Below are positions 9,508 to 20,900 of a stretch of 64,000 nt of DNA, in pieces. This DNA comes from a virus. The position numbers and the translations under genes were made by a program. The notes under the pieces are model-generated. The model saw only the letters and a program-made list of their open reading frames with translations. It made no database searches and was not told the DNA's origin. The stretch's first letter is position 1. Each line of letters begins with the position of its first letter. The stretch lies in the IMG/VR virus record IMGVR_UViG_3300025133_000060, positions 17,531-81,530 of that record; one strand, 5' to 3'.

Positions 9508-10622
9508 ACATTCACCTTCTTCATGATTTTGTCAACGACTGTTTGTTGACCAGACGATAGCGAACGGCCATTGGCCAATCGACCCATGACCGACTTGACG
9601 AACTCGGATTCCCAATCGTTGAGTGAGCCTGTCGCCATCGCCTTTCGCAGTTCTGTGGCGACCGGCGGGAGTGGAATATCCACTCCATTCGCAATCATGT
9701 GGCGAGCGATGAGTTCTTCACGGAACCGGAGATAACCCCCACGCAAAGCGGCGACACCAGATTGGCGGATTTTCGACTGGACTCGGCCAACCATCTCCTT
9801 CTCCCAAGCGTTCAATTCATCGGTCAAGTCTGTGCCGATTTCAAGGAACTCTTCTGCTTCGCTCGCCCATTGGTTTCGATTGTTTGCGATTTGTTGAGCG
9901 AACTTTGCGGCTCTCTCGTGGTTCTGTTCGGCTCTTGCACGAGCCTCGATTGCTCGTTGCTCTTTGTATGTGGTATATGCTTTGAACTCCTTCTCCGCAT
10001 CCATCATGAACTCATCATACTGGCGGCGGGTCTTGGGTCCGAGATAGCCATACTTGACCAATCGGTTCATCACCGTCTTGTGGAGTCGCTTGAGAGGCTT
10101 TCGTGAGTGCATCATGGCTTCATACTTCTTGAGGTCTTGGAGAGCCGTTGGGTATGTGATGGCGAACTCTTGGCGGTTGTATAGCATCTTCGCTTCGGTC
10201 ATGTTCTCCTTGAGGAACTCTCGCTTCTCTTCATCACTCAAGACTCGACCTGTGGTTGGGTCTCTTATCTCGATGTATCGGTGAACGCAGGTATTCCCAA
10301 TGAGCAATTGCTGACCATCTCCATCCACCAATACGCAGTTCTCAACGATGGGCGCATGGCCACATAATTGACACTTCTTGGTGTGTCCGAATATCGACTT
10401 CTCATATGTCCAATCCTTGCTGAACTCTTCATATGGGCGGATGCCGCCTTCGGGTGAAATGATGTTCGACACCTTCGCCAGATTGCGAATCACTCGGCGT
10501 TCATACGCCTTCGCTCGGCCAGATGCCAATGCGTCATACAATTCTTCTGGGAGATTCCCTGCGTTGGCTTGGGCTTTCCAGCGTTGTGCTTGACGCACGA
10601 GGATTGCACTCATCTCAAGCAC
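9504..10622 (-). CDS. Hypothetical protein with Zn-finger, coiled coil and two C-terminal LNxWE helical repeats
   Basis: CQLCGHAPI...IGNTCV; LNAWEKEMVGRV and LNDWESEFVKSV repeats. Confidence 0.75.
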   Translation of the reverse strand: MLEMSAILVRQAQRWKAQANAGNLPEELYDALASGRAKAYERRVIRNLAKVSNIISPEGGIRPYEEFSKDWTYEKSIFGHTKKCQLCGHAPIVENCVLVDGDGQQLLIGNTCVHRYIEIRDPTTGRVLSDEEKREFLKENMTEAKMLYNRQEFAITYPTALQDLKKYEAMMHSRKPLKRLHKTVMNRLVKYGYLGPKTRRQYDEFMMDAEKEFKAYTTYKEQRAIEARARAEQNHERAAKFAQQIANNRNQWASEAEEFLEIGTDLTDELNAWEKEMVGRVQSKIRQSGVAALRGGYLRFREELIARHMIANGVDIPLPPVATELRKAMATGSLNDWESEFVKSVMGRLANGRSLSSGQQTVVDKIMKKVNV

Positions 10623-10842
10623 CTTCGTCTTGATGTGTTGCGACCGCTTCGGAGACCATCTCCATCTGCGGAATCATAGAGAATCGAGCGAACAGGTGAG
10701 CGCACTTCAATCGTGGACCCACAATTCGTTGACCATCGGGGAGCCAGCATTCGATAACTGTGTCGAAGTATTGGATGCCTTCGATGACTGTCGACACTTC
10801 TGTGCCGATGTCATCATCTGTGTATGCGACTTCGCTCATCAA
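10615..10842 (-). CDS. Hypothetical protein (75 aa)
   Basis: Coupled ORF in operon. Confidence 0.55.
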   Translation of the reverse strand: MMSEVAYTDDDIGTEVSTVIEGIQYFDTVIECWLPDGQRIVGPRLKCAHLFARFSMIPQMEMVSEAVATHQDEGA

Positions 10843-10979
10843 GAACCACCATTGATGCGAGAGATGCTGACTCGATTGTCATCACTTCGCTTGATGTTCG
10901 CATTTACATATCCGGTGCATTCTTTGAGCGACTCGCTCTTGAATACTTCTTTGCCATTCAATTTTACTGTCCATTCCAT
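10839..10979 (-). CDS. Small hypothetical protein (46 aa)
   Basis: Manual translation MEWTVKLNGKEVFKSESLKECTGYVNANIKRSDDNRVSISRINGGS; fills gap, TGATG coupling, GGAG SD. Confidence 0.55.
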   Translation of the reverse strand: MEWTVKLNGKEVFKSESLKECTGYVNANIKRSDDNRVSISRINGGS

Positions 10980-10980
10980 T

Positions 10981-11298
10981 TCATTCATCTCCTTCATTCT
11001 CACGACCACAACCACAACCGACCTTCACGGTCGATGGTTTTGGTGTTGGGTGGAGTGTGAAAACCGATTGTGGCCTTCGCCACGAGGAACCTGCTTTGGA
11101 GTGATTCATTCGGGTTGGGGTGTTGAATCCCAGATGGGTGATGTGTTCTTTTCCAGATTGGCGAGTGTTGATGAGGTTGTTTTGGAGTGATTCTTGAATC
11201 CAATCACGCTCGTGATTCTTGAAATTGCGGTGGCTCTTATGACGGCTTGCACCGTCAATTCCGCCGACTTCGTTGTGTCGAATTGTTCTGCTCATCAA
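10981..11298 (-). CDS. Hypothetical protein (about 105 aa)
   Basis: ORF downstream of promoter at 11355-11375. Confidence 0.45.
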   Translation of the reverse strand: MMSRTIRHNEVGGIDGASRHKSHRNFKNHERDWIQESLQNNLINTRQSGKEHITHLGFNTPTRMNHSKAGSSWRRPQSVFTLHPTPKPSTVKVGCGCGRENEGDE

Positions 11299-11405
11299 TA
11301 TCCCTCCATGTAATAGGTTCGCTTGACGGTCATGGTTATCGGATAACGCTCACCTTTATCAATACTTCGGTTCTCCACTTATTTCACCAAACCATTCATA
11401 CTTGT

Positions 11406-13148
11406 TCACAACAAATGCCGCTTGAGCCACGCTGGTGCGGGTTGAATTGCTTCTCTAAACCAAGACGGCAGGAGGTGTCCGTTCAACCTGTAATATCTAT
11501 CCCACGACTGGTCGAGGATGAATAGATGACCAACATCGTCAGGTGTTCTGTTGATTCGACCTGCGCCTTGAACCAGTTTGAGAGTAGTGTTCAGATTGAA
11601 CCAACCTTGACAGGGTTTGGGGCAAGTGAACGAGCCACACAATCCATTGGTGTATTTGCTCGGCGGCTCATATGGACACTTCGGTGTTCCCTCATGTTCT
11701 CTTCGCCACTCATGTTCATCCTGCTCCATTCGTTGCTTGACTTGTGGGTCGGGTGTGAATAGATAGGGAACTTTTGAAATCACGAGCCACTCGGCCAATC
11801 TCCCCTTGAAGTCAAATCCCTCGCCGACATAGGTCGAGATGAGAACGAGGTCATCCCTCTTAGATGTGAAGAACTTATCGAGAGCGATGCCACGAGCCAC
11901 GCCGTTGGAATCGTGCGAGATGACTCTATCCCCTAAGCCTTCGGCTTCGAGCCCTTCGACCAATGTCTTGCGTATCGCATGGGTGTGTGGGAGAACCACG
12001 CCTCGTTTGTTCGGCCACTTTCGCATGATGGCGGCGATGGCTTTGACCTGACGAGGGATGGACTTCTCTCGCCGAGCATATGACATCGAGCCGCATGGTG
12101 AATAGTGAACATTGAAGTTCTCCTTCGGGAATGGTGAATCGGTGATTCTCACGAACAGGGTGCGCTGGTCGGCGAGCCCCAAACCTGACAGGAATGTGTC
12201 GATGTCGAGAATTGTTGCTGACATCATGATGCGTTGTCGACTCACGGAATCCAAAATTGCTGGTGCGATTTTGTTGACTCGAACTGGTTTTGCGATGAGG
12301 ATTTTGTTCCCTCGCCGGTCGGTATCGAGTTCAATAACCACATCATTGGGTTCTTCGAGAAGTTCGAGAAGCGTTGTTGTTCTCTGGATGATTGCTCTCA
12401 TGTCATCAATTTTGTTGGAATCCTCATCATCCTCTGCAACGGCCAATGTCTTATTCGCCCCGTCATAGAGTCGTTGAATGTCTGCGACCCAATCGGTTGG
12501 ATGATAGTGCATCGGGAATGTGGTGCGAGCCCCAAAGACTCGGTTGAAATCGGTTTGGGTGATTCGACATTCCATCAGCCCCATGAAGAATTGTTCCATC
12601 TGGTGCGCCTCATCAATGATGGCGAAGTCTCGTTGCCCGAACGATTGGTCGGGCGACTTCACCACTCGGAACAAATATGCTGGATTCGTGAGTGTGATTC
12701 GGGCATCAACGGCGGCGAACTTCTGTGCATAGTATGGGCATGGGTCATCGGCCTTTGTGTGTGAGCATCGCTTCTTGCCAACATAACATGGACCCTTGTC
12801 AGCAGTTCCAGTATTAACCCAACAAGCGAAGTTTGACCGGCCTTTGACTTCTTTCACAACATGGCCATAATCACGCCTGTATTGCTCTGTGAGACCAAGC
12901 GTTGGTGTCAATAGGTATGCGGATTGGAATCGTGCTTGAACAGTCATAGCGACAGCGGATTTGCCTATTCCTGTTGGGGCCTCAAGAACGATGTTGTCGA
13001 AGTTATCATTCTCCATCGCCCAATAGATGACCGACAATGCCTCGCCTTGATATGGTCGGGGGGATGGCATTGGAAAGTCTGGGCGAATCTGCTCCCACTC
13101 GTCTGGGAGTTCGGCACGAGACGGAATGTCAATTCTCACGACCGGCAT
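11406..13148 (-). CDS. DinG/XPD (Rad3)-family SF2 helicase
   Basis: EAPTGIGKS, KGRSNFAC, CPYY, IIDEAH, MSAT, EGFDF, QGAGRINR. Confidence 0.92.
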   Translation of the reverse strand: MPVVRIDIPSRAELPDEWEQIRPDFPMPSPRPYQGEALSVIYWAMENDNFDNIVLEAPTGIGKSAVAMTVQARFQSAYLLTPTLGLTEQYRRDYGHVVKEVKGRSNFACWVNTGTADKGPCYVGKKRCSHTKADDPCPYYAQKFAAVDARITLTNPAYLFRVVKSPDQSFGQRDFAIIDEAHQMEQFFMGLMECRITQTDFNRVFGARTTFPMHYHPTDWVADIQRLYDGANKTLAVAEDDEDSNKIDDMRAIIQRTTTLLELLEEPNDVVIELDTDRRGNKILIAKPVRVNKIAPAILDSVSRQRIMMSATILDIDTFLSGLGLADQRTLFVRITDSPFPKENFNVHYSPCGSMSYARREKSIPRQVKAIAAIMRKWPNKRGVVLPHTHAIRKTLVEGLEAEGLGDRVISHDSNGVARGIALDKFFTSKRDDLVLISTYVGEGFDFKGRLAEWLVISKVPYLFTPDPQVKQRMEQDEHEWRREHEGTPKCPYEPPSKYTNGLCGSFTCPKPCQGWFNLNTTLKLVQGAGRINRTPDDVGHLFILDQSWDRYYRLNGHLLPSWFREAIQPAPAWLKRHLL

Positions 13149-13250
13149 GAACACAAGGGGGGTCTCCCACCTTAATCAATCAAACATACCCCTATATCCA
13201 CACACACACACAATCTCTCATGTATATGTCTATCAGCACCCCTATGGGTT

Positions 13251-13290
13251 TGATTCATTGGCCTATCCCCCCTATGGGGGGATAATGATT
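13251..13290. repeat. 40-bp element with TATCCCCCC-N3-GGGGGGATA palindrome, copy 1; inverted copy at 56742-56781
   Basis: 35/40 identity to reverse complement of copy 2; adjacent (CA)n tract at about 13199-13212. Confidence 0.85.
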
Positions 13291-13352
13291 CAGACGATTT
13301 GAAGCGAGAGCATCAATGGTTGATGACTCTCAAATCACAATCACAATGGTGT

Positions 13353-13826
13353 TCAGTTATACCAACCGAATGATTCCCACAATTGTTGAACATCAGCCTT
13401 TGCCTCATCGGACAGGTCGGAGTTCTCCAGATTGGATTCTGCTTCAGCAATCATTTCATCAACACCGCTGATGAATCTGTGAGGGCGGATTGCATATCCC
13501 TTCTCCATTCCATGTTCGGAATGTTGTGGAACTCCCCATACTGTGCCTGTCCACTTGTTGGTTTGTGGGTCAACGGCTTCACGGAGTTCATTGGTTCGGC
13601 AGATGAATGTCTCGCATCCATCAATTTCATCGCCCCATGCTTGCGACCAATCGGAGAATACGGAGAAGCCACGATAGTGGAAATTGACTTGTCCAATGTC
13701 CTCTTCTGTCGGTCGGTATTCAGTCTCGGTATGCTCTGCATACGGGTCAGGGTTTTCAGGTGTTGCGTTTATTCTTCTATCCATTTTACTCACATTCCAT
13801 TTGGTGTTCAAAGGTCTTGTTCCCAT
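13353..13826 (-). CDS. Hypothetical protein (157 aa)
   Basis: ORF overlapping end of kinase gene. Confidence 0.65.
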   Translation of the reverse strand: MGTRPLNTKWNVSKMDRRINATPENPDPYAEHTETEYRPTEEDIGQVNFHYRGFSVFSDWSQAWGDEIDGCETFICRTNELREAVDPQTNKWTGTVWGVPQHSEHGMEKGYAIRPHRFISGVDEMIAEAESNLENSDLSDEAKADVQQLWESFGWYN

Positions 13827-14299
13827 TCATTCTCAACGACTGTTGTGGTCATGGCCTGCTCTCGGCAGATGTCGAATGCGACTTCGATGTCTTGAGCCTT
13901 CATTCGGATGACTTCTTCGGGAACCACTCGCTCTCGGCGGGAATTGCGGCCAAGAGATGTTTCAAGGTCAACGATAACGAACACAAGTCGAGTGGTCATT
14001 CCTGCCTCTTCAGCCAGAAGCATATATCTGACCATGCGCTCGGAATTGGTTCCTGTGGAGTCATATACTGCATCGGTTGGGTTATCGAATAAGTTCATCA
14101 TGCTCTTGTCGCATTCGTTCTGCGACCATGCGTGGAGTGCTTGTGGGTTCTTTGGGTCATAGTCTGGATGAGTAGCCTTGATTGAATCACAGTCGATGAA
14201 CTGGTGGGTGTCAGCGAACATTTGGTTGCCGATGTGGGATTTACCAGCGGCAGGGAGTCCCATCAAGAGGACAAGTTCGGGTTGGGTGTTGTTCGCCAT
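13808..14299 (-). CDS. P-loop kinase (AAA_33/zeta-toxin-like fold)
   Basis: MGLPAAGKS, IDCDSIK, VYDSTG, RNSRRERVVP; own promoter at 14322-14350. Confidence 0.8.
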   Translation of the reverse strand: MANNTQPELVLLMGLPAAGKSHIGNQMFADTHQFIDCDSIKATHPDYDPKNPQALHAWSQNECDKSMMNLFDNPTDAVYDSTGTNSERMVRYMLLAEEAGMTTRLVFVIVDLETSLGRNSRRERVVPEEVIRMKAQDIEVAFDICREQAMTTTVVENEWEQDL

Positions 14300-14407
14300 G
14301 TTTAATCGTAGCAGTTCCCCCTATATGAAGGCTTCGCAATATCAATGGTTTTAACCCCTCAAAAGGGTGTTTTTTGACTGGCCGACTCATCAAAAAAGGC
14401 TCTGCGA

Positions 14408-14824
14408 TTACCTTTTCCAGAACAAGCCGTGAATGCTTTGAACTGGTCGGCGGTCTCTGACTCGTGGGTCTGTATCAACAACGACTTCACCAGATTTGTT
14501 TAGAAGAAGGACATGGCCTTTTACTGCGACAACAAATCCAACCAAACCTGCTTCAACGGCTCGGTCGGCGATTGCATTCTTGAATTGTGAAACGGACTTT
14601 GCTTTGAACGCAGACTTGCGAGAGCGAACGGAGAACTCGGTCATCAATGCTCTCTTCAAATCTGGGAGAGTGTGAAGGAATCGGACATTATCAGCCACAC
14701 CCATCGCTTCTGCGACTTTCAAAGCGCACCAGTTTTTGTTGGGGTTCTCATCGTTGTTCGAGTTTGCTTTATGCCAATCTCTCTCCGCCTTTGCAGAAGT
14801 GAACCACTTCGGTTGGTTGCTCAT
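14408..14824 (-). CDS. Hypothetical protein, possible papain-like Cys-His-Asp fold
   Basis: NWCALKVA...KGHVLL...VVDTD; own promoter at 14847-14885. Confidence 0.55.
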   Translation of the reverse strand: MSNQPKWFTSAKAERDWHKANSNNDENPNKNWCALKVAEAMGVADNVRFLHTLPDLKRALMTEFSVRSRKSAFKAKSVSQFKNAIADRAVEAGLVGFVVAVKGHVLLLNKSGEVVVDTDPRVRDRRPVQSIHGLFWKR

Positions 14825-14931
14825 ATAACTTCGGTGGGGGTTGACCCTTATAATACCTTCTGAATCTCAATGGTTTTGTTCCGACTCTTCTGGTCGACAC
14901 AGTTATCGAACTCAATATCGGCTCATTCTCC

Positions 14932-14960
14932 AAGTCTAAACCCCTTTGGGGTTTAGACTT
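14932..14960 (-). terminator. Perfect 13-bp hairpin right after the giant tail gene
   Basis: AAGTCTAAACCCC-TTT-GGGGTTTAGACTT. Confidence 0.6.
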
Positions 14961-17900
14961 CAACCTTCAGGATAACCGGCCAAACCTTCGCCGCCACCAT
15001 CAATCGAAGTTCCGAGTTCCATTTGGATTCCGCCAGCAGATGGATAGAATACTTCTGCGCCTTTGGTGTTGGTTCGATACCACGCCAGTTCGTTGGTGAA
15101 CCATCTCAAGTCAATCTCGGATGCGTCATATCCCCAGAACCGTTGGAATCTCAATTGTGGGCTGTGATGTGGAAAGTCCTCTTCACCGGCCATCGTTTGA
15201 GCCGAACCGACTGGACTCCAAGTATTGTTGACTTCATCCCATCGAAGAGAAGGAACAGATAACCATCGAATGTTCACCGACCTAAGAGTGTTGGCGGTAG
15301 TATCGAACTCGATTGATGGAACCCAACAATGCACGAGATGTTGATGTTCACTCCCGACCGAAGAGTCCATGTATGGAGTAATTGGCGGAGTGATACTTTT
15401 TGTCCAGTTCGGGGATTCGGCGGGTTTGATGAACCCACCAATGTATGGAACTTCGGATGCAGCGGTTTCATCCCCTGTTGGTGTTGCCGCCCAAATGAGT
15501 GGGGATAGTGCGGATTGGCGAGCCTTCGGAACTGTCGCATCTCGATAGACTTCTCCGAATCTCCCATCATCCGAGCCAATCATCGTGAATGACATGACAA
15601 TGTGGATATTCCCTTTGCCGTCAGTAGTGAGCGAGATGTCTCGATAATTGGGATTGGTTTTGCGGAGTTCTGACACTCCATCATACACAGGACCCCGCCA
15701 TAGTGTGATGTGCGCTCCAAGACCATCTGTGCTGGTGTATTGTTCCGCAAGGGTCTTGCGAGTATCAAACACCGAGATGAGCGTCTGGCGTGGCGCATAG
15801 GCAACGGGAGAGGACTCCCTATCGTCTTTGATGGACAACACAATTGCCCTATCCCTTTCATCAATGATGGCATCATAATAGACCACATCTTTCGTCTCCA
15901 TTGGATTCTTTGAATCTGGTGGGAGTCCGACCACATGAAAGCACTTGGTTGTATCAAATGCGAATCGACCAGATGGGTCGCTGATTCGATTTGGTGATTG
16001 GCCGATGTTGCAGTATATTGCATCATAGTTTCGACTGGCATCGGCGAACGATTGAATTGGCAATCCACGATAGAACACCACAGGAATGTTGTCGCCTCTC
16101 AACACAACCTTCGGACAATCATTGTATGTTGTATAATGTGGACCCGATGCAGGTTGATTGAGGTCGGTCTCTGCCGCATCCACAATGAGACCATTCACCA
16201 CTTGATACCGATTATCGTCAGGTCGCCCCTGCAATTCTGCGTTGTCGATAGGAGTGAATGTTGGGAATGAATCTTCGCCAGCGAGTTTTGATGTGTAGTA
16301 TATTCGATTGTTCTGTGGCAATCCCGTTGAACCAACATGAGACATTGGTTGAACGAACGACAAATGAAGTCGGTCATTCCCATCTATCACAAGTGATGGG
16401 TGTCGCATATCCCACATTGTTCCACCAGCCTCAAGTCCGGTGTATGTCGCCCCGCCTTGAAGCAACACAGGTGTGTGGATTGACCAGTCCCAATCATAAA
16501 TGGGGTCGGGGTTTTGAGAGGGTGATGTGCGAACCGCTTTGTGATAATAGAATCTGTGCGCTCGATGGTTTGCCGTATCGTCTGGATTCGCATGATATTC
16601 GAGAATTGCATGAATCGTTCCCGCCGAATCCGATGCAAATGCCGCACCCATCACTCGGCCTTTGTGATATTCTGCTGGGGTCGTGAGACCTGCTCCTATC
16701 GAGTTCAATAAGGGGCCGACTTCATCCAATCCTCCGAACACAGCGGATTCATTTTGTGGTTTCATCGCCTTCTTATTCCAAAACAAATCTCCGTGAAGTG
16801 GCTTCTTGATGTGAGTCCATTGTGGCAAATTGTCTGAACCTGATTGGCAAGAACGGCGGATGAAGAATTGATGGAGTGTGCCGTCTGGTGTTCGCAATTG
16901 TCGTTGACCCATTCCGAGATTCTGTGGGCCTGACCCACCGGCCATTACTGCTGGGCCTGACATATCGTTGCCATCCATATTCGATTGCCGTTGAATCATA
17001 TACACCCCCTTCGGGTCTTGGAATCCCATCCCGACCGCCGAAGCGATTGAACCAGAATCCCACATCGGCTTCGCCGTCTGCGACACATGAACATCAACAC
17101 TCGATTGTAATTGCTCGGACAAAGCCAACACATCGAGTTCATGAATCTCGTTGACTCTCGCCAACATCAATGGTGAATATCGACTGGATTCAATCATCGC
17201 CAAGTCATAATCGGAATTGGGGAGAATCGGCATGGCCGAAGCGTGAAAGTGGTCAGTCGGATGGTCAGACCAAAACGCCTCAAGACCGAATGAGCCACTC
17301 ACGATGGGTCCGTGAACTCTTGTTCCAATGGTGTCCATTGGTGCAATTTGCGCCCCTGACACACCACCCGAACCCCAAGTGGGCTTATCCCATAGGTTCG
17401 TTCTCAAGAAGTATTGACCGGCCACAGGTCGAGCCGCATCCGGTGGCGATTCTCCACCGAGTTCAAATCCTGTGTTGAATTGTGATGCTCCCAGCAGATG
17501 AATGTTGTCGGTTCGGTGGAATGGAGTCTCCATCTCAAGTTCAATGGCGTTCTTTCCACCGGCTCTCGCTCGAACACTCACGGCTGGTGGAATTAACAAA
17601 TGAATTGGAATGTTGTAGCCGACTCCACCGTGAACTTGTTTGAATACTCGGTCGACTCGATATGGGTGCATTTTGGTTGAGATTCCATAATGCAGGGGTC
17701 CGTGATGCGACCAACCACCAACCCGACCACGCATCAACCGATGACCTTGAACCTCCGCACTCCCCCAAGAGAACACCCGACCACCGACAGTCAATGATGT
17801 CCATTCCATCGCCCCTATTGCTTCGAGTGGCGGTGGGAGATTTGGGTCCCAAGTCCGAACCAGATAGTTTGTTGGTTCTTCTCGCAAAGCCCTGCCATCA

Positions 17901-20900
17901 GATGCTTGATATTGGCTTTCATAGATGGTTGACCAATCGCTCAATAATGGGTCGAGAATCGCCGCCACAATGTCGGCCACGCTCGACACACTCACAGGTG
18001 CGAAGATGCGTTCGTGGGGTCCAGTTCCCAATTTATACACTATCATCGAATCAAGCGTGGTTGGGAATGATACTCCACGCAAGTCGACAAAGCGACCCAC
18101 ATTTGGAGCCCAGAGATTTGCGCCAGCACTATCCGAATCATCTGCGACATCTCCGAATCCTTTGAAAATTGCTTGCTCGGTAGGAGTAATGACTCCACCA
18201 ACGAGTGGACTTGCATCAAGTGATTCTGGTGCATCGGAGAAGAATGTTTGGTTATCTCCATAGGATATTGGGTCGAATAAGCCTCGTGGGAATGACCAGC
18301 CTGACCAGCCGAGTTCTTGGAATGGATTCGCACCAGAACCAAAGTCAGCAAATCCAATTGTGGTTGGAACGAACCGAGTCAATTTCACATGAGAATTGCG
18401 AATCCCCACCCACGCATCCGTGATTCTGGTGTCGTTGTCAACGAGGTCGGGGGTTGCTTTTGACATTGACTTGGCTGTGATTATCGGTTGGATGGTTGGG
18501 AATCCAGACGAGATGCGAGCCGAGTCGCTTAGAGCAGGTGTTCCATATTCATTGATTAAGAACGGGAGAGAGCGAGGGAGATTTGCATATGACATTCGAC
18601 AATCTGGGTATGAACCATAGGTGATTGGGATTGCTCTTTGACCAGACTCTTGATACCAATATGAGATTCGTGCGCCACTCCACCAAGTATCGCCGTCAGT
18701 CCATGTTTGTCGAGCGATATTTTCAATTGTTCCACCAGTTCCGATTGACACCTTCTCCCATGTGATGTCGAATAATGCTCGACCACGCTTGGCGAACCCC
18801 GTATCGGGGTCGGCTTTCGCATCGGAGAACATGAGGATGAGAGAACGGGCTTGAGTATTCGCCATCAATTTTGACCAAGTGGGATATGCCGAGAAGTTAT
18901 CGCTCTTGGGTGTTGAGCCGCCAGAGCCATTGACCGGAGTGGGAACAGAACTCGATGGTTTAGCATCTCCAGATTGTGGGTCGGGTCCGAAGCCAGCCGG
19001 ATAATCTGCCGACTCACCACCGATGGGAATGCACTTGCCGCCCGATTGATAATATCCGGCAGGACAACCGCCGGTGTCGAGGTCAGGATTCAAAGGATAT
19101 TTGATGTCAACCGCCGGATAATCGTTCTCGGTTTTGATGTAGTCGACATGAACCGCCGCCATAACGAAGCGACCATCATCCATCGCTCTTAGACTGGAAC
19201 AATGAAGCGTTGGGTGATAGATGGGCGCACTACCACCACTCGCCTTTGGATGCTTCACAGCGTTCTTCTCTTCACGACCGAGATAACGCATCATCTCAAT
19301 TTGAGGCATGACCCAATCATGTATCGACCACACCGCACCATATCCCAGCGGAGTATTTGTGAGTTCACCAATTTGAGTTCGAGTGATTGAATCACAAGTC
19401 GCCGCCGAATATGGAATCGACACACCAGAACTTGGAAACCCAGAGAGTATCGGGTTCGATAAGTATGTGCTGGAACGAGTATAGAGTGGGTCGAGAGTCG
19501 GAGAATATCGCCAAACCAACAATTCACAACCTTGCGGAATTGTAGGTGTGCCGACTCCATCTGGCCAAACCTGACCATTCCCCCATATCCCGTAGTGAGG
19601 TTGCCCATCAACGGTTGTCGATGTTTGGCACAATTGCGTTGGGTCTATGACATCTGCACCGATGAATATCTCGCCTTTGTATTCACAAGCATCCCACACA
19701 TGAGAGATGCCACCCCGCTGGAATGAACCACCGCCTTCAACCGCCGCACATAGGTCGGGGATTTTGGTGTTGGTATCAGCCAAAGCAAGTGGTCGGAATG
19801 GTGTTGCTTGGTGCAATCCCCACCCCATGTGAGCCTCACCCTCTTCAATATCAGCCCATGTGTGGCGAGGCATCACAGACATCGGGCATTCATTCTCTAA
19901 TGGGTCAATTCCAAGTGCGGCTCCAGCCGTTGCATCAATGAATATCTGTTCAAGAGATGTTGGGTCGATTCGGAATATGCCGTGATAGATGGTGCATGGA
20001 ATATCAGAGAAGTCGCAGTTCACAGATAGGCGAGTGCCATCGGGGTTATTCCGTTGAGTCGGTGTTCCGGTTGGTGTATTCCCCACGCTTGTGTCTGCTG
20101 TTCCATCTGGCACATGAGATTCTCGCACCACCGAGACAATGACATGATAGTCAACAAGAGGCTTGCGGAATGTTTGACTCGCCGCCGATGGATGGTTGGC
20201 CAATTTTGCGGCTCCTGCCGACACTTCAATGTCAGTATAGCCGGTGATGACGGGAACAATCTGAACTTTGGTTGGAACTCCATCTGCAATCCATCGACCT
20301 GTCGAATATGTGGAGTCGATGAGTTCTGGTGAGTCATCGCCCTTTGTATTGGAGCCGATAATTTTGCCTGTTGTTCCTGCTCCGCCCTGCTTAATCTGGT
20401 TTGAGTTCACCAATTGATGTGGAACTCGACCCAACGGACCCACCATAGTCGGCTGGTCGGGTATGGCCGAAGTGTGCAAATCTCCAGACGAGAAGTTCCT
20501 AAACCAAGTGGCGTTGGCATTGACATCAACACCGAGAGGATGAGTAGCGGCTCGACCTGCGTGGGTTGAGAGCGCATCGAACATTGGGTCAATTCGCCCC
20601 CCATCTGACCCATACAAATATGCTGGTTGTGTTGGTGTTCCTGTTGTATAGCCGTTGCGCCTGACAGGTGTGCCGGAATTGACTTGAATGTTCAACCCCG
20701 CATATCCCTTGCTCGCATCGGCGATAGACACAGGACCCAACACTCCACCAGTATCAGTCGCTTTGGTCGGTGCGAAGAATGCGGTGGCCGTGATGACTCC
20801 TTCATATCCAATTAACCCAACCGAGTCTGCGACAACACTCGCACCCAAGTCGGCTCGACCCAGATTGGTTGCCGTCAACGGGGTCGCTCCTGTTCCATCA

